A stretch of 64,000 nucleotides of DNA from Isosphaeraceae bacterium (GTDB lineage: Bacteria; Planctomycetota; Planctomycetia; Isosphaerales; Isosphaeraceae). This document shows positions 55,051 through 64,000 of the stretch, in pieces; position 1 is the first letter of the stretch, and each line of letters starts with the position of its first letter. The DNA lies in contig CBDAVP010000011.1 in NCBI GenBank assembly GCA_965201075.1, positions 124,001 to 188,000 of the forward strand, read 5' to 3'. The notes under the pieces are model-generated. The model saw only the letters and a list, made by a program, of their open reading frames with translations, was not told where the DNA came from and did not search any database. Both the position numbers and the translations under genes were made by a program.

Positions 55051-55428
55051 ATGAGCGAAGCCGAAGGTGGTCAGTCACAGCAGCAGCCGCAGCAGCAAAC
55101 CGAGGTCGTCGTCGATGACACCGGAACGTTGCCGTCGTACTCGAACTTCTGCCGGGTCACGGCGACACCCGAAGAGGTGATTCTGGACTTCGGCCTCAAC
55201 CCCCAGCCGTTCGCCACGGGGCGGCAGGACGTCAAGGCGAACCAGCGAATCGTCATGAACTTTTACACTTCGAAGCGGCTTCTGACCGCGTTGGGGATGA
55301 CGATTCAGCGTCACGAAGGGACATTCGGCCCGGTGGAGCTCGACGTCCGCCGTCGCGCCACCAACCCCGCGCCGTTCCAGGGGCCGCGTCCGTCGGGTCC
55401 CTCCGGGCCGCACTCCCTGACCGACTGA
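55051..55428 (+). CDS. DUF3467 family protein
   Basis: YSNFCRVTATPEEVILDFGLN...RIVMNFYTSKRLL...HEGTFG; GGAGG SD. Confidence 0.88.
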   Translation: MSEAEGGQSQQQPQQQTEVVVDDTGTLPSYSNFCRVTATPEEVILDFGLNPQPFATGRQDVKANQRIVMNFYTSKRLLTALGMTIQRHEGTFGPVELDVRRRATNPAPFQGPRPSGPSGPHSLTD

Positions 55429-55462
55429 GCGAACGCGTCTCGATTCTCGGAAGAACTCGACA

Positions 55463-55510
55463 ACGCCGCGGTCCGGCTTCCCTGCCTGGTCCCGCGGCGT
55501 TTTCGTTTTC
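55463..55510 (+). terminator. Probable intrinsic terminator after DUF3467
   Basis: AACGCCGCGG...CCGCGGCGTT followed by TTCGTTTT. Confidence 0.55.
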
Positions 55511-55807
55511 CCGAGCTGGTCTCACGGGGTCAGGAATTTCGCCTCCGGTTTCGCGGGAAAGGGACTGAGCTGGGGTTGCACTCGGGGGTGAGGGAGGTCT
55601 TTGGCTGATCTTTGGGACCGATTCGGCCGATTCAAGGGGTTAGGACGCGCCGAGAGGCGCAGGCCCGGTCGTGGCGGCGGTGCCGGCGCGAGGGCCCGGG
55701 CGAGAGGCGGCGAACGGGCGGAGCCCGCGCCAGGGCCTCGCGAGCTGGTCGGGCAGCTCGGCCTGGGATCACAAGGACGGACGAGTCGACGCTAAGGAGA
55801 AGACAGG

Positions 55808-58800
55808 ATGTCTCACCCCTCTCGCCCGCAGGCGCGGGGCCCGGCGCAGCGGCCTCGCCGTCGCCACGAGATCGAGTCGCCGGAACGCCTGGAGACCCTG
55901 CAACTCCCGGCACCGGTGGTCAGCAGTTCGATCTTGACCGCGGTCTTCACCCCGGCCACAACGCCGACCAACGAGTTTCTTGGCACCGTCAGCATCACCT
56001 CGATCCCCAAGACGGCCTCGGCCGCGCCGATCACCTCGGTGACGCAGTTCGCAGCGAACTCACAGTTCGGCGGCGACATCGTGCGGATCAAGGCCGGGCC
56101 CGGCGGGGTCTTCGGCAATGATGTCTACGCAATCTCGCGAGGCGCCGGCGAGAACATTGACCCCAATAATCGCGCCGCCAATACCCCCGACCCGATCAAC
56201 CGACCTGGCGTGATCTACCGGCTTGACCCGGCCACGGGCAAGGCGAGCGTCTTCTTTGATCTGAATTCGGTGATCTCGCAGATCGAGCCGGGCGCCACCT
56301 CGTCCAACTCGATCAGCAGCACTCCGGCGGCCAATGGCGTGAGCACCGCCTCGGGGCTGCTGAACTGGTATGACATCACGTTCGACCCCGAAGGGTACTT
56401 CAACGGCAAGCCGTCGATGTTCGTTTCGACGGTGGACGCCTCGGACCCGAACAAGAACGCAATCTATCAGATCGGCCCGGATGGGTCGCTGATGGGTGTC
56501 TTCGTCAAGTACACCGCGGGCGGGTCAACCCAGCAGTTCACTCAGAATCCGACGGCGATCCTGGTTCCGCCGATCGAGCAGCAGAACTTCCTGCGAGGGC
56601 TGTTCGCCAGTAGCGGAGCGCCTGGGGTCAATGGCCTCGGCTCATCGCAGGGCAACAACTCCATTAGCTTCGGTGGGTCGAACCTGGGCTTCGAGGCGGT
56701 GTTCTTCGACGCCAACAAGTACAGCCCCGGCCAGAACATCGTCGGGACGACGCTGCCGACCGGCGCGAACCCCAGCCCGTTCGTCTTCGGGCCTCAGGTG
56801 GGGATCACCGCGGCCAACACCAATTACGCCTCGCCGGAATACTCGGCCTTCACGGACTTCGGCACGCCGGCGGCGACCGGGGTCGCGGCCGCGCCGGGGC
56901 TCAGCGGCGTCGACGGGATCACCGACTCCAACGGGTCGGCGACGAACGAGTTCGGGACGGGGTTGATCAGCTATCGCAACGCGGGCGCGTTCAACTTTGC
57001 TTACTATCAGGTCAACTTCGGCCTGACTCCGGCGAGCGTCACGACCATCACGACCCAGGCCACGGTGACCAATCCCTCGGGCGTCGACGGGGCGACGGGG
57101 ATCACCTCGACCTTCCGCCGATTCCAGGACATCGCGTTCGATCAGTACGGTTATTTCTCCTCCAACGTCGCGCTGGGGTCGGGCACGACCGGCGGGACCG
57201 GGACTGGGACTGGCAGCGGCGGTAGCATCCAGACGGGCCAGACCAGCCAGTCGGGTGACGTCCTGCCGTTCGCCGGCAGCGTTTTCGTCTCCGACCTGGG
57301 GACGGGCCTGGCGGTCTCGGTGACGCCGATCACCCCCACCGGCTCGCCCATCACGTTCCCGGCCATTCCCGTGCCGATCCAGGGCGGAGGGGCGATCGGC
57401 GTCCAGTTGCCGGACACGACGAACGGCCAGTCGGTGACGACCCCGATCGTTACCAACGGCAACACCACGGGCGGCAGCAACCTGGGCGGCCGAATCGTCC
57501 GGATCGACGCCAATGGTACTCTCGACGTCTTTGCCCAGAACTTCCATACTTCGGGCAGCCAGGGGTCGGACAGCTTCTACAACTCCAGCCTGACGATCAG
57601 CTTCTCGGCCGACGGGACGACGCTGTACGCCTCCGACGATGACGGCATCTGGCAGTTCAAGACGACCGCGAGCCTGGCCGGGTCGACCTCGGGATCGATC
57701 GTCGGGCTGAATGACCTGCGAACCCTGGGCGTGCCGTATGATGGACTGGGCACGGCGGTGGCGGTTCTGGACTCGGGCGTTGACGGGTCCAACCCGAGCT
57801 TCCGCGGCCGGGTCTCCTCCGGTACGAACCTGCTGACCAACGGCCTGGGCAATCAGGACACCGCCCCGGGCATCGGTAGCGCCACCGGTGGGGCCACCGT
57901 CGCCGGCCCGGTCACCACTGGGGGCACGACCAGCGGTACCACCAGCACCACCACGGGCTTCGCCGACGGCCACGGCACGCTGGTCGCCGGTGTGGTGGCT
58001 CAGTTCGTCCCACAGGCAACCATCGAGCCGGTGGCGATCTTCAGCCCGACCCTGACCGTCACGTCCTCAAGCGGTGGAACCACTGGCGGTACGGGTGGGT
58101 CGACCACGACGACCAGCACCCTCAGCACAGTGAACACCTCGCCCCAGTTGTTCTATCAAGGGCTGCAATACGTCGCGGATCACCCGTTCGTCGGCGACCC
58201 GGTCCGGCCCAACTCGCAGGACCGCGTCATCGCCACGACTCTGGCGATTGGCACGACCCGGTCGTTCCAGAACGAGGTGGACGCCTACAAGCTCTTCCCG
58301 CAGTTCACTCTGTCGGTGAAGAATCAGTTGCTGAAACTCCGCAAGCTGGGAATCACCCCGATCGGTTCCGCCGGCCAGTTCAGCACCGAGGCCAGCCCCA
58401 ACGGCAGCGGCAGTAGCAGCACGGGCGGCAGTACCGGAGGGACGACCGGCGGCACGACCACCTCGGTGGCGGGCCTGGGCGATCCCAAGGGGATGAGCCT
58501 GCCGTCGGTCCTCAACGAAGTGTTGTCGGTGACGGGGACCTATTCGTTCCCGTTGACGCAGACGGCCAATAGCACGCCGTTGAACAACGTCTCGGGCCTG
58601 GCGGGACGGGTGGCGATTCCGATCTTGCTGGGGCCGCTCAATTTCAACGCCAACAGCTCCACGGGCAGCACTGGTAGCAGCACCGCGGGCTCGGGCAATT
58701 CCCTTTCGGCCCTGGTTCAGAACGACGCGACGGTGTTCAAGGACAAGCTGCTCGGGTCGGCCAACCGCAGCATCACCACCGATTACGCCGCCCCGGCGCT

Positions 58801-60334
58801 GGACGTGCCGACCTTCCGGCGGACCGTGTCGGTGTCGGTGAATAACGCCTCGCCGCTGCAATCGTTGAACACTCGCCTGCGCAACGACCCGGCCGACCTG
58901 GTTTACCAGCAGGGCGGGACGTCGTTGTCGGCGGGGATCGTGGCCGGCTCGTTCGCCCTGACCGCCTCGGCGCTGGATTACTGGGACAACCTGTACCAGA
59001 GCGGCTCGACCGAGGACCATTACCTCACGACGCCGGTGGGGGCCCGGTCGTTGAACTATGGCGCCAAGGCCCTGACCGACCTGTCGGCCTACTCGACGCC
59101 CGACGGTGTCAACGCCATCCTCCAGTGGACGGCGGTCCCGGCCGTCGACGATCCCAACACCTACGCCGACGCCCTGGCCGTTACCAGTTCCAGCAGTGGC
59201 GGTAGTACCGGTGGCACCACCGGCGGGACAGGCGGCAGCACCACCGGCGGTTTCAGCACGCCAACCGTGCCGACGCTCTTCGGTAGCGCGACGCCGCGGT
59301 CGTATTCTCGGGTCAGCGTGGGCAACGCCATCGCGGCGATCGAGGGGACCGAGGCCCTCAACTACCTCATCAAGAACAACACCCTGAGCATCATTGATAG
59401 CAACAAGGACGGCCTGATCACCGCCGCCGAGGTTCAGACCTTCGTCGACAACTCGTCGGCGATGGGACTGGCCGAAGCGGGTTCGATGGCCCGACTGCTC
59501 GGTGGAACGGCCCGCATCCCGGGCGTGGGAGACCCGACCACAGGCGCCGGCGAGACGCCCGACCAGCCGGACGTCCTCCAGCGACGGTTCAACTTCTTCG
59601 ACTACGCCGCCAACGGTCGACTGGCCGGAGTGATCAGCATCTCGGACCTCAAGACGCTGTCCCAGAGACTGCTGCCGCAGCCCGACACGTTCACCATCAC
59701 CGATCGTCAGCGGTCCTCGCAGACCAACTACCTGCTGGACCCGACGCAGCCGCGGGCGTCGAAGGACCTCCAGCACAAGCTGCCGACGGCGATGTTCATC
59801 CCGGCCCGGAAGGTGGCGCAGTTCCGGGGCATTTCGCCCAACGCCTTCCACATTGGCCGGTTCCAGGGCAGGACGGTCAACCCGTTCTCCACCGGGCCCT
59901 CCTTCACCCTGTACGGCGACACCTCGCCGACGACGATTACCCGGACGACTCGCGTCAAGGCGACCGCCCACGCCAAGGCCGCCTCGACGGCCACCCCGCC
60001 GGCCACCGTGGTCCTGAACAATTCGGCCAAGACGACAACCACGACAACGACCTCCGCCACCACGGCCAAGACCCCCGTGACCCCCGTCGTTCACCAGACG
60101 ACGACCACGACGGCCACGGTGACGACGCCCAGCGGTTCGAGCCAGTCGGGGGGTGCGTTCTCGGGAGTTCCGACGGCCCTCTCGGGAGCCAGCACCGCCG
60201 GTTCGCTGACCACGCCCGCCGATGCGACCTCGGCCCCGGCGGCCCCGACCCCCACCACGACGACACCGGTCGCGCCGACCCCGGCCCGCAGCAAGATTTC
60301 CACCTTGATCGCCAAGCCCAAAACCGACGTCTGA
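55808..60334 (+). CDS. Giant (1508 aa) Thr/Ser/Gly-rich extracellular protein with an S8 peptidase domain, EF-hand-like motif and planctomycete-type leader
   Basis: AAGGAG SD; RRRHEIESPERLETLQL leader; VAVLDSGVD / DGHGTLVAG / GGTSLSA triad; DSNKDGLITAAE; no classical hydrophobic signal peptide. Confidence 0.88.
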   Translation: MSHPSRPQARGPAQRPRRRHEIESPERLETLQLPAPVVSSSILTAVFTPATTPTNEFLGTVSITSIPKTASAAPITSVTQFAANSQFGGDIVRIKAGPGGVFGNDVYAISRGAGENIDPNNRAANTPDPINRPGVIYRLDPATGKASVFFDLNSVISQIEPGATSSNSISSTPAANGVSTASGLLNWYDITFDPEGYFNGKPSMFVSTVDASDPNKNAIYQIGPDGSLMGVFVKYTAGGSTQQFTQNPTAILVPPIEQQNFLRGLFASSGAPGVNGLGSSQGNNSISFGGSNLGFEAVFFDANKYSPGQNIVGTTLPTGANPSPFVFGPQVGITAANTNYASPEYSAFTDFGTPAATGVAAAPGLSGVDGITDSNGSATNEFGTGLISYRNAGAFNFAYYQVNFGLTPASVTTITTQATVTNPSGVDGATGITSTFRRFQDIAFDQYGYFSSNVALGSGTTGGTGTGTGSGGSIQTGQTSQSGDVLPFAGSVFVSDLGTGLAVSVTPITPTGSPITFPAIPVPIQGGGAIGVQLPDTTNGQSVTTPIVTNGNTTGGSNLGGRIVRIDANGTLDVFAQNFHTSGSQGSDSFYNSSLTISFSADGTTLYASDDDGIWQFKTTASLAGSTSGSIVGLNDLRTLGVPYDGLGTAVAVLDSGVDGSNPSFRGRVSSGTNLLTNGLGNQDTAPGIGSATGGATVAGPVTTGGTTSGTTSTTTGFADGHGTLVAGVVAQFVPQATIEPVAIFSPTLTVTSSSGGTTGGTGGSTTTTSTLSTVNTSPQLFYQGLQYVADHPFVGDPVRPNSQDRVIATTLAIGTTRSFQNEVDAYKLFPQFTLSVKNQLLKLRKLGITPIGSAGQFSTEASPNGSGSSSTGGSTGGTTGGTTTSVAGLGDPKGMSLPSVLNEVLSVTGTYSFPLTQTANSTPLNNVSGLAGRVAIPILLGPLNFNANSSTGSTGSSTAGSGNSLSALVQNDATVFKDKLLGSANRSITTDYAAPALDVPTFRRTVSVSVNNASPLQSLNTRLRNDPADLVYQQGGTSLSAGIVAGSFALTASALDYWDNLYQSGSTEDHYLTTPVGARSLNYGAKALTDLSAYSTPDGVNAILQWTAVPAVDDPNTYADALAVTSSSSGGSTGGTTGGTGGSTTGGFSTPTVPTLFGSATPRSYSRVSVGNAIAAIEGTEALNYLIKNNTLSIIDSNKDGLITAAEVQTFVDNSSAMGLAEAGSMARLLGGTARIPGVGDPTTGAGETPDQPDVLQRRFNFFDYAANGRLAGVISISDLKTLSQRLLPQPDTFTITDRQRSSQTNYLLDPTQPRASKDLQHKLPTAMFIPARKVAQFRGISPNAFHIGRFQGRTVNPFSTGPSFTLYGDTSPTTITRTTRVKATAHAKAASTATPPATVVLNNSAKTTTTTTTSATTAKTPVTPVVHQTTTTTATVTTPSGSSQSGGAFSGVPTALSGASTAGSLTTPADATSAPAAPTPTTTTPVAPTPARSKISTLIAKPKTDV

Positions 60335-60365
60335 GCGAGCCGACCACTCCCCGACCCGCGACGAG

Positions 60366-60410
60366 CCGGCCGGTCGCGACCCCCAACAGGGTCGCGGCCG
60401 GCCGGTTTCG
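60366..60410 (+). terminator. Hairpin after the giant gene
   Basis: CCGGCCGGTCGCGACCC-loop-GGGTCGCGGCCGGCCGG followed by TTT. Confidence 0.6.
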
Positions 60411-60801
60411 TGCGCGTTGCCGGCCTTTGGAATCGCGTCTTGGGGGGATGGCTTGGAGATGGGCGACGACTAACTGACTCGCAGACAAGGGCCAGGGAGA
60501 ACGCTTCACGGGTGACTCGCGAGAGCCAGTCCCCTTTTCCTGGGCCGCGAGAGGTTCGTGAACCAGGGGCGAATTTCAAGAAGGCTCGCATGTCTGGGTG
60601 GCTGGGTCTCGTCGTCGAGACCTCGGTAACCTTGCCGCGGTCGAGAGCCCGGCGGATTCTCGGTTTCGTCAACCGCTTGTTGAGCGGGGGAGTGAAGACT
60701 GGCTGCTAGGGACGCGAAACGGCCCGCGAGGGCGTCCGGTGAGGAGCCATCGCGGGCCGTTGGGGTCTTGCTGGACTTCTCGACCCGAGGGGCCCGGTTG
60801 G

Positions 60802-62994
60802 TCAGAGGGTGAAGTGGAACGTCTTGGCCAGGAGGCGATAGAGCCACCAGCCGAGGCGGTGGGTGCCGCCGTCGATCTTGGCGAAGCCTCGCTGGCCGGG
60901 GTGGAGGTACTGGTTGGCATTGTCGATCGGGATGACGACCTCGTAGACGGCGGTCAACGGCTTCGAGGCGTTGGTCTTGGGGTCGGGCTTGGTGGCGATC
61001 TCGCCCCCGGCGGCGTTGGACAGCTCGGGCGGGATCTCGTCTCGGTTACGCTTGGCGATCTCGCCGACCTTGCTGCGCCAGGTCTGTTCGGAATCTCCGT
61101 AGATTTTGACCCAGGCGCGATTACCGTCCTTGATGATGTCGATGTCGCCTTGGTCGAGGATCAGGTGGGCTTCGAGCTGGCGGGGGTCGCCCACCTCGCA
61201 GAATGGCTTGTCGGGCTTGACCCAGGCGCCCCGGGTTTCCCGTTTCGGAATGCCCATGACCTGGCCGGCCCTGGGCGCGGTGAGGATCAGCTTGGCGATC
61301 TGGTCGTTGACCTTCTCGATGATCGGCTCCATCTCGTTGTAGACCTGGTAATGCTCCTGGGCGAGCGAGCGGTTACTCAGGTCGAACGAGCTGAGGCTTT
61401 GGTAGGTGTTGTACTTGGTGAGGGCCTCGCCCTGCTGCGACTGGAGGAGGGCGCGTTCGCGGATCTTCTGGGGGTTGGACAGGCGGGCCAGGACCTGACC
61501 TTCCTGGACCTCATCGCCGTCGCGGACCAACAGGTCGATCAGGCGGCCGGGGACCTCGGGGTAGACCACCGCGGGTTTGGCGACGGTCAGGACCAGTGTT
61601 CCCTGGACCCTCAAGGGGGTGGGGATCAGCAGAATTCCGGCGATGAGAGCCGTCGCCACCGCGGCGAAGGCGCCGGCGCGTGCCCATTTCACTTTGCGCA
61701 TCCTCCCGGGTTGGCGAACGAACTTGAGCATCTGGTAGGCCGGCATCCCGACCATCGGGACCAGCGAGCCCACGGCCATCATCGCGCTGATTGACCCAAG
61801 CTTGTAGGGCTTGAGGAACTGATACAGGAAGAACAGGATGCTGAAGGTGACGATCCACCGATAGAAGTAGCTGGCCACCGCGTAGGTGACGAACAACGCT
61901 CGGCGGGTGCGGGGCATGTAGCTCTGGACCGGAATTTCCAGTCCCAGCACCTTCTCCTGGAAGAGGTAGGTGAAGAACTGGGTGCTCTTGATCCGCAAGT
62001 TGGGGATTTCGAGCCAGTCGGCCATGACGTAATAGCCGTCGTAGCGGAGCAGGGGGTTGGCGTTGAAGAGCAAGGTATTGACCGAGCAGACGAACATCGT
62101 GGCGAGCATCAGGCTGTTGAGCAGTCCTTGCTCGGTGTTCCACCAGACAAACGTGGCGATGGCGGCGAGAAAGCATTCGACGTAGATGCCGGCGGCGGAG
62201 ATCCAGATGCGTTTCCACTTGCTGGGCAGTAGCCAGCTATCGGTGACGTCGCAATAGAGCGCTGGGGTGAGCACCAGCAGGAGCATCCCCATCTCGTGGA
62301 CCTCGCCGCCGAAGTGCTTGGCGGTGAGGCCGTGGCCGAACTCGTGGATGATTTTGACGATCGCCAGACTGCACCAGAAGTAGAGGATCGTGTGCCAGTT
62401 GAAAAAGCTCTGGAACTCGGGCAGCTTGGCCTGGAAGGTGGTCCACTGGCTGGCGACGAGGGTGATGGCCGAGGCCATCAAGATCACGCTAAAGGTGTTG
62501 AACCAGCCGGAATAGAGCCACTTGAAGTAAGGGTACATCCACGTGAGCAGCTTTTCGGGGTCGATGATCGGGATTTTGATGTAGAGGATGTTGCCCAGGA
62601 ATTGCCAGACGCGCTTCCAGCGATTCTTGCGACGGCGCTCGATGAGGGCGCGGGCCTGGTCGGGGGTGTCGACCTGGGCGATGCCGGCCTCGTGCAACTG
62701 GGCGGCGAATCGGAGTAGGTCGTCGACGGAGATGGTTTGGGGCCGATACGTCCGCTCGAAGGCGCGCTTGACGTCTTGAAGGTTTTGCTTGCCGTCGAGT
62801 TGCTGGAGGAGGAAAAACTCCTCGACCTTGAAGCGGAAGTATTTGAGCGCGATGGGGTCCTTGACGACGTAGTGCGTCATCCCCTCGTAGAACTGGGGCT
62901 GGACGATCAGGTCGGGCCGGAGCTTGATCCGAAGATGCTCGGCGGCCTGCCCCGCCGGCAGGGCCGGCGTCTGCTGCATGGGGTCGACTTCCAT
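60802..62994 (-). CDS. Fusion of a PqqD/RRE-like N-domain, M50 (site-2) zinc metalloprotease and HlyD-like membrane fusion domain
   Basis: N-terminal beta-strands + winged helix (YVVKDP..KYFRF...LDGKQNL...QLHEAGI); HEFGH and NPLLRYDGYY; lipoyl/coiled-coil C-terminal half. Confidence 0.9.
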   Translation of the reverse strand: MEVDPMQQTPALPAGQAAEHLRIKLRPDLIVQPQFYEGMTHYVVKDPIALKYFRFKVEEFFLLQQLDGKQNLQDVKRAFERTYRPQTISVDDLLRFAAQLHEAGIAQVDTPDQARALIERRRKNRWKRVWQFLGNILYIKIPIIDPEKLLTWMYPYFKWLYSGWFNTFSVILMASAITLVASQWTTFQAKLPEFQSFFNWHTILYFWCSLAIVKIIHEFGHGLTAKHFGGEVHEMGMLLLVLTPALYCDVTDSWLLPSKWKRIWISAAGIYVECFLAAIATFVWWNTEQGLLNSLMLATMFVCSVNTLLFNANPLLRYDGYYVMADWLEIPNLRIKSTQFFTYLFQEKVLGLEIPVQSYMPRTRRALFVTYAVASYFYRWIVTFSILFFLYQFLKPYKLGSISAMMAVGSLVPMVGMPAYQMLKFVRQPGRMRKVKWARAGAFAAVATALIAGILLIPTPLRVQGTLVLTVAKPAVVYPEVPGRLIDLLVRDGDEVQEGQVLARLSNPQKIRERALLQSQQGEALTKYNTYQSLSSFDLSNRSLAQEHYQVYNEMEPIIEKVNDQIAKLILTAPRAGQVMGIPKRETRGAWVKPDKPFCEVGDPRQLEAHLILDQGDIDIIKDGNRAWVKIYGDSEQTWRSKVGEIAKRNRDEIPPELSNAAGGEIATKPDPKTNASKPLTAVYEVVIPIDNANQYLHPGQRGFAKIDGGTHRLGWWLYRLLAKTFHFTL

Positions 62995-63151
62995 CGCTCG
63001 GCGGGCCCCGGGAGGAATGGTCGCGAGTCGTGAATTCCGAGTGGTGGGGACTTGAGGTGGCGGATTTGAGGTCGAGTCGCGAGCGGCCCTGGTGGTGGTC
63101 CGTCGTCAGGAGGCCGGGCACGGGATTCCCGACTCGCGACTCGCGACGGCC

Positions 63152-64000
63152 TTACTTGCTCTTGGCCACCCGATCTTCCAGAGGCAGCATATCGGCCGGG
63201 GCGGGGGGGACGGTGGTGTCGACGTAGATGGTCATCTCAGCCTTGAACCCGGGGCGGAGTTCCTTGGCCTGGTTGTTGACGATCTCGGCGTAGATCTCGA
63301 CCTCGGTGTTGCCGATCGTGTTGACCTCGGTGCCGATCGCCACGATCTTGCCTCGGAACCGCTTTTGCTCGATGGGGATGTCGGCGTCCTCGACCTTCGG
63401 CCTGAGGTCGACCACCATGCCAGGACGGACCCGGCCGAAGTTCTCGATCGGTAGAAATCCGTAGAATTTCAGGCGGTCGACCTTGCCCAGACGGACGACC
63501 GCCTCATTGGCCCGGACGGTTTCGCCGGGGTGCTTGAGGACCTTGAGGATCAGGCCATCGAAGGGGGCCAGGATCGTATGCTCGGCCAGCGCCTGGCGGG
63601 CGAGGTTTTCCTCGGCCCTGGCCAGCTTGACGGCGTCGGACGCCTCGACCACCTGCGACTCGGCGACCTTGAGCTCGGCCTCGGCCTTGCCGTACTCGTC
63701 CTGCGAGACATAGCCGTTGCGTCGATCGTTGAGTCGGGTCAGGCGGGCCAGGACGGCCAGGGCCAGTTCCTTCTGAGCGGCGGCCTTGGCGGTTCCGCCC
63801 TGGGCATTGGCGGCGACCTCGGACTTGGCCTTGGTCAACTGGGCCTTTTCGGAGTGGAGCGTCCCGATGGTGCCGCCCTGAGGAACTTCCATTCCCTCGC
63901 GCATTTCCATCTGGTCCAGGACCCCCTCGGTCAGGGCCGAGACGTCGGACCTTTCGATCCACTCGATGGTTCCGGGGATGGTCAGCGGCTCGGACGCCGA
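63152..64000 (-). CDS. Efflux RND-type periplasmic adaptor (MFP), 5' end outside the window
   Basis: Frame open to the window edge (IERSDVSALTEGVL...), coiled coil, ILAPFDG and ELRPGFKAEMTI. Confidence 0.88.
   Translation of the reverse strand, partial: SASEPLTIPGTIEWIERSDVSALTEGVLDQMEMREGMEVPQGGTIGTLHSEKAQLTKAKSEVAANAQGGTAKAAAQKELALAVLARLTRLNDRRNGYVSQDEYGKAEAELKVAESQVVEASDAVKLARAEENLARQALAEHTILAPFDGLILKVLKHPGETVRANEAVVRLGKVDRLKFYGFLPIENFGRVRPGMVVDLRPKVEDADIPIEQKRFRGKIVAIGTEVNTIGNTEVEIYAEIVNNQAKELRPGFKAEMTIYVDTTVPPAPADMLPLEDRVAKSK

Noticed and set aside
60411..60800. A seventh full MITE copy
   Set aside because: Only the short GAGCCAGTCCCCTTT core is present, with no paired CAGGG ends or target duplication.

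Overview
GC-rich bacterial chromosomal DNA, very probably from a planctomycete (Isosphaeraceae-like), judged by two DUF1501 + PSD1/cytochrome-c gene pairs, an elongated SecA and a planctomycete-type extracellular leader. Most of it is core genome: coaE, polA, citrate synthase, serC, htpG, malQ, holA, wecB, secA, waaA, tRNA-Asn/Glu/Leu, a sigma54 two-component module and a TetR/ABC/MFP efflux operon. Points of note: (1) At 49.4-64 kb, SecA (with a five-repeat insertion), DUF3467 and a 1508-aa subtilase with an ExLE-type leader converge on an RRE/PqqD-like + M50 metalloprotease + membrane-fusion protein and a second MFP. This is a candidate ABC-independent, leader-recognising export system. (2) Six copies of a ~197-bp non-autonomous element with CAGGG ends and 10-bp target duplications (ISAs1-type MITE); two copies have grown by modular tandem duplication. 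(3) A glycine-rich secreted precursor-like protein lies directly upstream of an S8 protease. (4) A ~6-kb tract at 33.5-39.3 kb has anomalous G/T skew on the + strand. (5) A ~5-kb block at 26-31 kb has dense frameshifts that look like sequencing error. Family assignments come from motif recognition by eye; no database searches were run.
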